From NCBI GenBank assembly GCA_040143965.1, contig JASJQH010006907.1, positions 1-43,582 on the forward strand: a stretch of DNA of 43,582 nucleotides. Direction: 5' to 3'. Positions 26,666 to 39,900 of this stretch are shown piece by piece. The number at the start of each line of letters is the position of its first letter. The stretch's first letter is position 1. The notes under the pieces are model-generated. The model saw nothing but the letters and a program-made list of their open reading frames with translations, did no database searches and had not been told where the DNA came from. The DNA comes from Basidiobolus ranarum (lineage: Eukaryota). The position numbers and the translations under genes are program-made.

Positions 26666-27009
26666 TTAGATTTCAGCAACGGTAAGACTGGGAGGAAGGG
26701 ATCGCTTCAATTTCTCAGCCTTTTCGAGATCAGCAACGACCAAGGTGTAAAGGTACTTGGAGCATCTGATCTTGAACTTGACTTCGGCTCCGTTCTTCTT
26801 GATACGGGCAGACTTGGCGTCCTTACGACGAGCGATCTCGAGGAAGTTCTTGATATCGTGAACTTGTTTAGGCTAAAAAGTGACGAAAGGTATTAATGAA
26901 TGCTGATTGTATTGGGAATTATATCTCAACGAGAGCATAGTGATAAAAGATATCTAATGGATCGTACAGATCCATCCATCAACTGTATTCATGTATGATA
27001 ACTTACCAT
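26666..27009 (-). CDS. RPL38: 60S ribosomal protein L38 (eL38), 69 aa
   Basis: ATG (27009-27007), intron gtaagt...tttag (27006-26873), then [26 protein letters not shown]...[28 protein letters not shown]. Absent from the ORF track. Confidence 0.97.
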
Positions 27010-27434
27010 GATGAAGAACAACCACTGATAAGGTGTTGAGAGAAAGGACTGACAATACCAAAATTTAGCCACTTTATTCCCGCATTCAATAAATTTGAAT
27101 CATAAATTTTAGGGGTAGTCCCATCCACCCTAGAAAAACCTACTTGGATCTTGTGCAAAAAACTTAGTCTCAAAACTAAGCAGTATTGATTTTAAACGTA
27201 TTTCTTGATTTTGCGTAAGCTTTGATTGGTAGGCCTGAGTGGCTATTTTCAATTTAATTGTTGACTTCTCTGCACTATAGACAAGCAAGAAGATGGATTA
27301 GCAATGCATAAAATTATTGTGGGTCTGCGAACCAGCATTTACTTGGTAACAAATCGGGGATAATATATGAGCATATTAGTCAGACTTCACCAAGCAGAGC
27401 AGATAGTAACTTGACTGCGCCCATCGACACTCCA

Positions 27435-27454
27435 GGACGATTCTGGAAATATCG
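27435..27454 (+). promoter_or_regulatory. Possible heat-shock element upstream of the ubiquitin gene
   Basis: gGACg aTTCt gGAAa tATCg is four alternating nGAAn units, two perfect and two with one mismatch. Nearby are CCAAT (27595), ATTGGGGCGG (27668) and TATATATA (27841). Confidence 0.35.
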
Positions 27455-27873
27455 AATGAATGCGACCGCAATTGTTGATCGCCTCAGATAAAGCCCAATA
27501 TAATCTCAGATAGGGTAGAGTTAGGAGCAGTTCGAATTTCCGCTAAATTGCGGGAGGGTTTTGATAGAATATATGACTTCAAGATGGCCTCACACCAATA
27601 AATCCCTTTAAAACACTATCTTTTTGTGACTAGAGGTTTCCTAGACAGCATTCTATATTTACGTTGATTGGGGCGGAGTGACTTGCCCAGCTACCTGATT
27701 CAACAATAAGCTATATCGGTCGATCTTCGATCACATGTTTGCCGTAATCTATGTACCGGAATACTACATTGCTTGAGCTGGAGAGTTGATGTACAAGGTT
27801 CAGGAAGCTGCGGTCGCATGATTTTAAAACCATGGTTTCGTATATATACTCAGATACGAATGAACTTTGTTGA

Positions 27874-28356
<483 letters not shown>

Positions 28357-29657
28357 GTGTAAATATTGAAGTATATATATTTCAATAAATAATCACATTT
28401 CAATCATTAAAAATTATATTTCATTACGTACCTTTCAATTAACATAACATATTTGAATAAATCTCACTGCTTTTCTAAAAGTATTACATCTATATTGTTG
28501 ACAAAATTGATGGAGATTCTCGTACACGACTCTCAATCAAATATAAGAGTTCCTAGTCACCGTTGTCACTGCTTTCCAATAACCATTGCTGTATAATTTC
28601 AGCAAGCTTCTAAAGACATGCGGCGTATTTGGACTTGACATCTACTCCCAGAGAGAAATCAATTAATGATGAATTACTCTACTTGTTTTAAACGATCTTA
28701 ATAATAATATATTCAGTCTATTATGGCGCGAGATATAGTCCCTTCCAACCGTACCAGTACCTAGTAAATATGTTTTGAGAATATAAAACTGAGATTTAGA
28801 TTGCTATCCATTTAGTATACTTATGAGTACCTAGCCAGCTTGAAATCTAAAATAACAAAATCAGCTCCGACTAACCCCTTTACTTCTCGCTCCACTTTCG
28901 CTATCGCTTTTGATCAGTCGAGGTGGGGTATCACGATCAAATACAGCTACAGGAGGAGTCATAACAGTGACCATTAAAGGTATGAAGTAGCTAGCAGAAT
29001 CCGGCATAATAGCTGTTCTACTGTAAAATAAGTCAATGATAAGTAAACAAGATTATAGAACAGTTGTGAAAATATCCAATTTAGAGTTGAATTAAGCACT
29101 ACATTAACTAAACAGCGTTGAATATATTGGCAACTGGACTATTTTATCAAATTCCAATGTTAGCATTTATGCATATATCACAGTAAACGCATGTCAATAT
29201 ATTTGACGAAGAATCTACATACCTCCTGATCTGACTATGTATAGCTTATTAGTATTCTTTGATGTCCCTTCAACAAAAGTTCCCCCTAAACATATTCAAC
29301 ACAGATGTCTAATGAACACGATATTTAGCGTTGTAGTGTAGTGTGATAGGAATTTATAGGTGTGAGAGCATAATCAATCGTGCTTGGTTGATTCAATAAT
29401 TTCCAAAAATAATTCACGAGCAATTGTAATCCAATTTATAGACTTGACTTCTACTTTATATGATTGAACACTATTTGCGCAAGAATTATGGCTTTCTTGC
29501 CATTAGCATCACCACAAGAATCTAATCTATCTATCTCATACCAGTTTGGTAATACTATTGGCTCATTATGAGCTAATGGCTTATGTCATCTAGCTAAATG
29601 ATGATACTTTTATAAATGGACGAAAGAAACTTGCAGCTAGTTACGTTTACTTTCAAA

Positions 29658-29957
29658 ATGCCTTCCACTCAAGATCTCGTTAAAAAATACATCGAAGACA
29701 ATGTTGTCATGGTCTTCTCTAAATCTTACTGCCCTTATTGCAAGAAAGTTAAAGAGGCTTTATCTAAGGCCTATCCCAACTTCACTGCCATTGAGCTTGA
29801 TCAACTTCCGGATGGCAGTGATATCCAAGCTACCTTGCTAGAACTCTCTGGACAACGTACAGTTCCAAACATTTACATTAAGGGTAACCATCTTGGAGGT
29901 TGTGACGATCTTTTGAAGGCTGTCGACTCTGGAAAACTTACTGAAATGCTATCCTAA
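29658..29957 (+). CDS. Dithiol glutaredoxin (CPYC)
   Basis: VFSKSYCPYC, QRTVPNIYI and HLGGCDDL motifs. The ATG at 29658 is in caaaATG context, with TATAAA at about 29611. Confidence 0.95.
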   Translation: MPSTQDLVKKYIEDNVVMVFSKSYCPYCKKVKEALSKAYPNFTAIELDQLPDGSDIQATLLELSGQRTVPNIYIKGNHLGGCDDLLKAVDSGKLTEMLS

Positions 29958-30632
29958 GGTGTTTGTATGTTGGTATATTCAGCTCTATTTCGAAGTAGAT
30001 ACGTTTGAATTGTATACACATGTTCCCACCAGACGCGTTATAGTGGCAAATAAAGAAATGAATCTACACCTAATATCATTCGTAAGCCTGTAAATATTAT
30101 CGAAAATTGTTTGTTTATGATATTTAATCTATTTAAGGTCATCTGGGATGATCTTAAAGCAAGTCAAAATTTGGGGAAAGCGCTAATTAGTAACCAATGA
30201 ATTTCATGGATTTTCTTTTAATTACGAACAAAAACGCGAGAGGCGCGCGAAAATCAATTTTGCTATAGGAAGGGGCATTAGATGAGGTAAGGAGTATATA
30301 TGAATGGGTGAATATAAGTGAATTAATTATGATGAAATATTGAATCAACAGAAATCATAGGTTGCTGGCCCGAGTCGGATCATAAATATTTCAGGATAGG
30401 TAGGATCTCATTCTAAAGTAAATCAAGCCCAAGGTTTTAATGCTTTTCTATCTTTGGTGAAAACAGCTCAGTCGGTAAAGTAGTAAGGTAACGTAAAATA
30501 ATGAAGTGTAGCTTTATACGCGTCATTAGATTCTACAATACTTCTCTACACGATTCCTAATATTGACTAACTTTTTCTGCTTTTTCAACGTACTTAGTAT
30601 TTTCTTTTTAGTTTTCTCGTACATATATAAAT

Positions 30633-33169
30633 ATGAGTAGCAAACACGCGCCAGGCACAATTGTTTGGGCAAAGATCAAAGGGTATCCTTGGTGGCCTGC
30701 TAAAGTACGTGTTTATAACATTAATATATCAATCTCCAACTTCTTGTTGAGAATACCTCCTAGTAACAAGAGTTGTTCAATAAACGCGATACTCGAGTTG
30801 GGATTTTATATATTTATATCATTACTACTATCTAGATCAAGAAGGAGGAGGAAGTCCCCGCCGCTGTCCTCAAACAAAAGCCTAGTAGACCTGTCCCTAT
30901 TATATCAGTAAAATTTTTCGGTACCAAAGATTAGTAAGTACTTTTCCTGCTTTCATAACTAATAGTTTTATATCTTGTTGACGCGTTTCTATTAATTTTG
31001 AAATAGTGGTTGGATTAGTTCAGATAACCTCAAGCCTTTTGAAGAACATCTCCAAGAATTCAATAAAGGTAGACGAGGTGTTCAATTTGATAGAGCGGTC
31101 AAAGAGGCCTCTGATCCTGATGCTCAGGCCTCCGCTTCGGAGGAGGAAATGAACGAAGTAGAAGAGGATGAGTTGGTTAGCGAGGAAGAGGAGCCTCCAA
31201 AAAAGACACCAAAGCGAGGTGGACGTAAGAAAGCTGAGCCTCGTAGAAAGAGTCGGAGTAAAGCTGACTCGGACGATGCTTCAGAAAGTGAGCCAGAGAA
31301 AGAAAAGAAAGTCAAAAAAACACCCAGTAGAAGAGCTTCTTCAGGAAGACGCTCATCAAGAATTAAGCAAGTGGAGGAGGATGAAGAAGAAGAGGAAGAG
31401 CCTGAACAGCGTCCTAATACTCGCAAGAGAAAATCTCCTCCCGTTGAAGAGTCTACGCCAAAAAGAAGAAGAACCTCACGTAAGGACAAGACAGCTGAAG
31501 AGCCAGTTGAGGCCAAGGAAGAGGAGCAGGAGCCTTCTACCCCACAACGTGCTAAACAAAAGTCCAAGCCTCGTTAGTTGAATTTTTATCTCACTTTGGT
31601 TGTGCTATGTTTTAATTCTGAGAGATATTTAGGGTCTCCTAGTGAAAAGCTCATGTATCTTCGTCATAAGTTGCAGAAATTGACCATGAAGGACGTCGTC
31701 GGGGTTGGTTTTCTGACTGTTAATAATTGTGGTATTATATGATTATTTATCTCTCAAACTGCATTTAGGATATGAACACAATAGATTCCCTTATGAAGGA
31801 GGTGGAGACTTTCGATATGAACCTTTCCCTCTTGAGAGTAAGTGCTAGAGATATGTTTGGTATTCAAGAGATGATCTAACTTGGATTTATATATATTTCT
31901 CAGGAAACAAAGATTGGCAAATTAATGAAGCGAGTCTCTCAGCTTGATTTAGACGATGACCCCTTTGATATTAGAGATAGAGCCTACACACTTACAAAGA
32001 AATGGAGATCACTACTCATTGAGGATGTTCTTTCAGACAAACAGCAAGCTAACGAAGATGAAAGTGAAAAGCCTGATGATGACGCTGATGCTGACACCAT
32101 TCCTATGGATGTTGATGTAGAAGAGTCTAAAATAGAAAATGACCAAGCGAAAGAAAATGACGATAGTGGCTCTGAAGCAGAGACAGAAATCGAACAGCAA
32201 CTCAGCTCTGGTAGTCCGGATGAAGACGAAGATAAAGAGCAAGCATCTGATATTGAAGGGGAAGTCATCCAAGATGTGCCTAAAAACACCGACACTGAGC
32301 ACGGAGTCGAAGTAGGCGAGAAGGAGGCTACTGCTGAAAAGATGGAATCTGTTGCTAAGCCTGAAGCCACTACTCAGTCTGCTGTCTCAGAGACCGATGA
32401 ATCTGTATCTAAATCAGATGTAATTAAGGATATTATACCTGAATCTGAGAGTAAGGAAGAATCCCAAGTTGCCGATGACAATACTGAATTACCCTCCAAT
32501 GGTAAAAGTGAAGAGCAAAGTAATGTTGACGTAGCTCAACCCGAACAAAACAACAATGACGAAGTAGTCACTCAAATGGAAGTAGAACCAAGTCTTGTAC
32601 AAGCCGATGTTAAGGATGAACCAAAGCAGTTAGAGAAAGCTGATTCTTCTGAGACAAAGAATCAAATGAAAGTAGAACCAAGTCCCGTACAAGCCGATGT
32701 TAAGGATGAACCAAAGCAGCTAGAGGAAGCTGATTCTTCGGAGGCAAAGACCCAAACTTCAGAGAATCAAGTGGAGTCCAACGAAGACTCTAAGCATCAT
32801 GTTGCAAATGGTGAGCTTGAGGATACTAAAGAACTTAATGAAACAGTATCTCTACAAGATCCTATATCCGAAAAAGACACAACCAAGGATCCAATCGAGG
32901 GTGAGCCAGAGAAACCAGAAAGTATTTCACATTCGGAACAGAAAGAGGCCTCTGAATCAAAATCTGAGGAAAATATACCAAAATTGGAAGATAGCACCCA
33001 AGTAGTGGAGGAAACAAAACTTGAGTCTTCAGAGGGTCAGGAGGCAACGGAAACCCAGGTTGAGCCTTCTGTGACTCATATTGTAGAAGAAACCCCCAAG
33101 TCTTCGGACGTCCATAATGAAGAACTCAAGGAGCTAGAGCCTAAAGAAAATGGACAAAAGACTGATTAA
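30633..33169 (+). CDS. PWWP-domain chromatin protein with TFIIS-N/IBD-like helical domain and long acidic tail (Pdp3/LEDGF-like), about 6 exons
   Basis: VWAKIKGYPWWPAK...VKFFGTKDYGW, then a basic/acidic linker, LMYLRHKLQK...LRETKIGKLMKRV...IRDRAYTLTKKWRSLL, and a long Glu/Asp-rich tail. Confidence 0.88.
32573..32752 (+). repeat. In-frame 90-bp (30-aa) tandem duplication in the PWWP acidic tail
   Basis: QMEVEPSLVQADVKDEPKQLEKADSSETKN / QMKVEPSPVQADVKDEPKQLEEADSSEAKT. The two DNA copies start at 32573 and 32663 and are nearly identical. Confidence 0.95.
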
Positions 33170-33948
33170 TCTAAGAGTTTGCTGACGATAATTTTATTTC
33201 TCGTGTCAATGTTAAATTTTGCTATTTCTATCACATCCTTCCTTTCCTTTTTCCCTAGTTAATTTGATGTATATGTGCTGAAAAGTAGATTTTCTACCCT
33301 TTACCATGTTGTTTTTAGTCTTTTCCTTGTTTACATTTTTTCTATGCTTAGCGAAGTATTGTAGCGTGAAGGTTGTGAGAAGATAGTCTCTGTTGACCTT
33401 TTCTGCTCACAGTTGCATCATATTCATGCTACCACTACTTTGTCTTTTATTTTCCGCTTTAGAAAACAAAACCAACGCATGGTGTTAAGCAAAATCTGAT
33501 TTCTCAAGCTTCTATTATTACTCTTTTTTAAAAAACGAACACATCGAAAAGTCAACCATGTGTACGATAATAATTAAATAAATTAACAAAAAAATAATTG
33601 GTCGATTTGGTAATACTGTTGAATCTGGTCAGATATTCGATGACATAGTATATTACACAACTTTAGCATATTTAAATTAGTAATTCCTATGCGTTATGTT
33701 TAGTGTCGATTTTTTTCATCTTAGTCACTATTGTTGGCAGAGACAGAGGCTGACTTTGCTCTTTGACGTGTTGGTGTCACGTTAATTATATTTTACACTT
33801 ACTGTCAAATCATACTTTTCAACATAAACGTACATTCCCTTCGAAGGCGTATTCATTCTGTAAAACTGTTTTAGATAATATAGCAAGAGAACAAGAGCCT
33901 TAACCCATTTAGCGAAGATTTGTGAACCGATTCACGGTATCTTTCAAA

Positions 33949-36900
33949 ATGCACAAGATAGATGCACCTAAACGCGCCTTTTACTTATAAGTATTTTAAA
34001 AGTATTTGTCAAGCGACAAATTTAGAGAAAAATTTACTTATTTCATCTTTCTTATTTTGTTCGGATTTATACAAATCATCAAAAATTCGTACTTGACATC
34101 GACATCAAGGGAAGAACTTTAAGGGTAGATATATTTCCGCTACATTATATGACCTTGAAGCATTTAGTAGAACCCACCACTATATTTCTCTATGATTATT
34201 TATCATTCTATTCTATTTTCCATTATTTGTAGGGCTTTACTGAGCTTCATATAATCCCAACTACAAATTCCTTGTCACACGTGCGCATCAATGCACGGCA
34301 TTGTGGTATCCTTTTGATTTCTTTTAGCATTTCACAACCTTTCCTTTTACAACGCGTAATATTTAAACTCCTTAACGCGTATCTCTGAGATATACATAAT
34401 GTCACGGTCAATGGAATTGCAACTTCTCACGAATACATCGATATTATCAAAAATTCACTGCTGCCTGAGGTCACAAAGGATAAAAACATATTCCAATATC
34501 ACGAATTGAAGCGAAGCTATCACACAGCATTATACGAGGCTGAGGAAGGGGAGCTGTTAATACATATTCCCGAAGTGATAGATATCGTACAGGTAAAGTT
34601 TACACATTATTTCTTTTACCTAAATTCAACCTTCTTTTGTCCTATATTTTCATTGTTTATTAAATCTACTAAATTGTAGTTCCAAGAAAATGAAGCACCA
34701 TTACTTGATGATTCTAACGAAGGTAAAGTTTCATTATTGCATGAAGTATCCAAAGTTGTGGATATATATACAGTGATCGCTAACGACTCCAAACCTTATG
34801 GTTTTGCTACAGCATACAACGCAATGTTCGAGGGACGAGTCATGTTCACCCCGCTGGTCATCCGTATAGACTTCGCAGTGGTAAACCCCAAGGCTGGCGT
34901 CAACTTCATACTACCTGATCCTCAAGTAAACCCTTATGTAAGTAAAAGCAATTCACTCCGTTAGTGCTTTAGAGGTTATAGCGTCTTAACAAAACTTTAA
35001 TATAGCGATTTCCGCACGTTTATACGTGTAATGAAACGTTTCCTGGCCAAGTGCGTCTTTGGTTGCCTTGTATCGACCGAATGCACGAACGCTGCACTTG
35101 GGAGATGGAGTATATTGTGGATCAAACGCTACAGGATTCCAGCGGTGATAACGTAACGGAAGAAGAAGAGGCTCTGGAGATGGTGGTAGTCAGTAGCGGT
35201 GAATTGATCGAACAGGTATTTTTTTCTGAATCTATCTAAAAAATATTGACTCCCAATGACACTTGTATCGTAATTAGACTTCTCATCCGATTGAGCCCAC
35301 TAAGAAAATATTCCATTACATCCTTGCAATACCATCACCAGCATTTTCTATATCTTTTGCTGCTGGTCCGTTTGAAGTTGTCAAGTTGAGCTCTTCTGAT
35401 GGTCAGGTAGAAAAGAGTTCAGAGGATGCTGGTGGTAAAAGTACTAGTGAGATCTTTATGAATACTGATGACAGTGAAGGAACCAGTGGAATGTTTGCAT
35501 TCTGCCTTCCAGGTTGGATCGATGAGACTGCGAACTCTTGTGAGTTTTTAAACAAGGTAACATAGCCTAGTCTTATGAAAAATATCAAAACCTTTTCTCA
35601 TTTGGATTTGTTTAGGCTTTGGAATTCTATGCTCAAGAACTCGGATCATATCCATATTCATCATTCAAGCTAGTGTTTGTCGAAGATGCGCCAGATATAA
35701 TGATGTACAGTGCTACTATGACTATAGCCAGGTATTTTATCACAATTGTGCGCCTAACTTCAAATAACCGTAGTATACTGATTCGAATGCTTATAATTTT
35801 AGTACGCACCTCTTGCACGGAGACGATATTATCGACCAAACGTACGAGACCCGAAGACACCTAAGCTTAGCACTAGCAAAGCAATGGTTCGGTATTCACG
35901 TGGTTCCAAAATATGGGTAAGTTAAATCCACTCATGGTTGATCCTTTGCGAAAACTAACATGCTTCCTTTTTGCATAACATTAGTGCTGATTTATGGTTG
36001 ACCGTTGGATTAGCTAATTATGCTACAAGCTTGCTCATTAAGCATTTGCACGGTAATAACGAATACAGGTTTCGAATGAAAAAGGTAACTACAGTTTCAA
36101 CTCTATATTTGCGATGTGGTGCTAACTTTTGATATTTTATGACAGGATATTGATAAAGTTTGCGAGCTGGATGTTGATCGCCCTCCTCTTTACAATGTCA
36201 ACCTTGCCTATCCCGTCGATCCAGATGACTATAACTTTATGCAGTTGAAAGCTCCCCTTGTGCTGTTTGTACTAGGGAAGAGAATGATGAAGGGTGGTCC
36301 CTCTCTTGGAATACACCGGGCTATTCCCAAGGTCCTTGTAGCTGCGATGAGTGGCGAGCTAGGAAGTGGCAATGCACTTAGTACAAATTGGTTTCTAAAA
36401 GTGTGCCGAAAAGTCAGTGGAGTGGATAATAAACCGTTTGCAGAGCAATGGATATATCCTTTTTGTGTATTTTAATTTTGGTTTTGAGATACGATCTGAA
36501 TTCTGCTTTACATTGCCATCTAATTTCTAAATATTTCCTTAACATATTAATACCTTTGGCAGCGGATGTCCGATATTTCATTTTACATATTCGTTTAATC
36601 GAAAGAAGATGGTAGTAGAGATCAACATGGAGCAAAGGTCTACTAACTCAAACGGATTAGCACACAAACATAGCGAACGTGCAATGTATCCAAGTACGAA
36701 TATGTTCACGGTAAGTTTATGCATGCTATTTGTATGCCCACGACGTATGTCGGTTGTTAAATTACAAATACACAGGGACACATGACTGCTCTCATTCGAG
36801 AAGCTGACGGAACTCCTTACGAACATGTGTTGGATATACAAGACTTGAACAAAAAGTATGAGGTGCAATTCAACACTAAGTATAAGCGTATCAGAAGGTT

Positions 36901-39900
36901 AACAAAGCGCTTCCAGCAGCGTCAGGCAGCAGCGGCCGCGGCCGAGGCTAGTGTTGGTGCTGAGGAGATGCCAGAGGCAGTTATGGATGACCTGGAAGAT
37001 GTTTTTGGGTATGGTATGGATGAGAAAGAAAAGGAAGAGTGGAGAGTTGTAGAATGGGGAGAAGTTGATGAAGAGAGTACCGCAAGGTAGAGTTGTTATA
37101 TTTTAAATAACCATTTGAAAGCAAACATTAATAATGGTAACTGATATAGTGGTACGTTTGAATGGATTCGACTTGATTCTGATCTTGAGTGGATTTGCGT
37201 TATGCAATTTGAACAACCTGATTACATGTGGGCTTGTCAACTGTTAAATGATCGTGATGTTGTGGCTCAGATCGAGGCAATTGAAGCTCTCTCGAATTGT
37301 CCATCACCTGCCACTTCTACGTCATTAATGAGAACTATGATGGACCCCAAGTGTTTCTACCGAATTCGTATGGAAGGCGCATTTGCACTCGCAAAATGTG
37401 CTATTCCACAGCTAGACTGGATTGGTTTACATCACCTTTTCAAAATATTTCAAAAAAGATACTGTTATGCTTCCACCACTTCCGATGGTGACGGCGAGAT
37501 TGCTATAGTTCCAAAGCCAAACAATTTTTCAGTGTTTACTGAGTACTTTGTTCAAAAGGCTATCGTTGCCGCTTTTTCGACTGTGAAAAATTCTAAAGGC
37601 CATACTCCGATCAAAATCAAACAGTTTCTTCTAGAGCTTCTTCGGTACAACGACAACACTGGGAACCACTTTTCTGACAACTATTATATTAGTGCGTTAA
37701 TCAACGCTCTAGGAAATGCGCTTATTCCTAACGAGAGGTCCAACCAAAGCGAACAAGAGGGTGAGAAAGAACTGTTTGCTGACGCCGTCCAGGAGATAGA
37801 ACGCTATCGAACACTGGATTATTTGGTTCCATCTTATCACAATACTGTGACTATAAGCGTACTGCAAGTAATGATGAAGCTTATGATGGCTAATCTTCTT
37901 GCCCCGAATTTGAAGCTGTTCTTAGGATATACCAGATATGGTAACTTTATGCGGGTACGACTAGTTGCGTTCGAAGCACTATTGCTTTTAGATGGTCTTC
38001 GTAATGGCTCGATTGGGCAGTATATTTTTCAAGTTATTGCTCTCGATCCTTGCCACTATGTCCGCTATTATTTAGCCAAGTGCTTATCTGAAATGTTAGG
38101 TGTTCATATTGCTCGTGCCAGCTCCACCGAACATGATACTACGGAAGAGATGGTTTTCGAGGAGGTAGGTCAGCCAAAAGTCATTCCAGAGAAGACCTCT
38201 GAAGAGGAATTTATTCATACTCCCGGCTTAGAAGCAATTCATAAAGAATTTTCGGGTAGAGAGGATCTTCAAGCACAAGTCTGGGAGATCTTGACATCTA
38301 ACCCTGAGCAGGACTATCGCGTGTTTCGTTATATGTTTCTTTTTTGTGAGTTGCTCTACAAGCCTATCGATACAATACCTAAATTGAAGATAAAGATGCC
38401 TGTAGTGGCACCCTCGGAGTCTCGAATTGACACGCCTTTAAGGACGTCTAGTAAAACTGCGGAGGCTAACAAGCCAACTGAAAAAGCAGATCCAGTCACA
38501 TCTATTCGAAAAGAGAGTACAAAGGCCAGCCATGACATCCCTATGATAAGTGCTCAGGAAGACGAAGATATTGAAATTGAAGCAGGAACTGTACCTTCCT
38601 CGACAAAACCAACTTCTACAACCACTAGCAAGGAGGACAAAAAAACCAAAGTTGTCAGCACCCCCAAAAATCGTAAAGAATCTAAAACATCGGAATCTCG
38701 TAAAGAGTCGCGTGACAAAGATTCAGAGAGACCGTACAAGAGTGAGCCGGTTGTGCCGGACGTTTTAGTTAAGATAGAGCCTGATGAAGTAAGTACATCC
38801 ACTCCTGTTGCAGCCACGACGCCTACCCATAAGGCTAAACTGCCATCGAGACAAACACCACAGCCTAATCTGACCATACCGGTACAAGATCAGCTAAGGC
38901 CGGAAGAGATGAAGGTTTGCAAACGGATCCTCCGAAAGATGATGGCTCATAAGTCTGCTTTTTACTTCCTTCAGCCTGTGGATCCAATTAGAGATGGGTG
39001 CCCTACATATTTTGATTTAATCAAGCATCCCATGGATCTGGGCACTGTTAAACTGAAGCTTGACGAGGGCAATTATCACAACCTGAAAGAGTTTGAGGAT
39101 GATGTGAGATTGATGCTGAATAACTGTTTTGTCTTTAACCCGGTCGGATCTTATGTTTACAATGAGGGCCAAGAGCTGGAAAGTGTTTTCGAGAAGGAAT
39201 GGAGTGAACAGAATGCGCAGAAACTCGTTGGTCGAGAGCCAGAGTTTAATATGACTATTGTGGAGTCTCCCGTCACCAAATCTAAACCTTTGCCATCGGA
39301 AAAATCAGATGTCGAGTCAGAGCCACCAAAGAATGAGGTCGAGAAATCCTCCAAGAATCTCACGCCTGAGCTTCACAAATGTAGAAGCATCTTGAAGAGG
39401 ATTGCACAACATGAATCTGCATTTGAGTTTTTAAGGCCTGTGGATCCTATCAAGCAAGGGATTCCTACGTATTTTGAAATGATCAAGAGTCCCATGGACC
39501 TTGGCACTGTCAATAAGAAATTGAAATCTGGCCAGTACCAAACAAAGGATGATTTCCGTGAAGATGTTGAGCTTATGCTTAACAACTGCTTTACCTTCAA
39601 CACTCCTGGTACTTTTGTGTACGACCAAGCAAAAAGTCTCAGTGAAGTATTTCAGCGAGAATGGGAGAATCAATTCGGAACCCGGACGGTATCTGACTCG
39701 GTGGAGCCTACTCATGCCCCAGTTAAAGTCGAGCCTATATCAGAGCCGAGTGTTCCTATCATACCTGACTCGTCTAGAAAACCAAAAATGGACATACCAG
39801 AGCCTGCTACTGTTGTGAAAATCGCAAAACCCTCTGTCGAGAAGGACCCGAAGGAAGTGACATCTATCGGATTCACCAAGCCGGCTCCAGCGATTGCAAC

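Noticed and set aside
26873-27006. Possible intronic snoRNA in RPL38
   Set aside because: No RTGATGA/CTGA box pair or H/ACA layout on the sense strand.
29616-29657. Upstream in-frame ATG giving glutaredoxin a 14-aa extension (dual targeting as in yeast Grx2)
   Set aside because: The ATG overlaps the likely TATAAA box, so it is probably not transcribed, and MDERNLQLVTFTFK does not look like a targeting peptide.
30042-30050. AGTGGCAAA Rpn4/PACE-like site
   Set aside because: It lies just downstream of glutaredoxin rather than in the RPT2 or ubiquitin promoter; a single 9-mer is compatible with chance.
30683-30690. GTATCCTT U12-like donor in the PWWP gene (similar strings near 10362 and, on the minus strand, near 3050)
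   Set aside because: It encodes GYPW of the PWWP motif. The others have no matching branch site or exon context.
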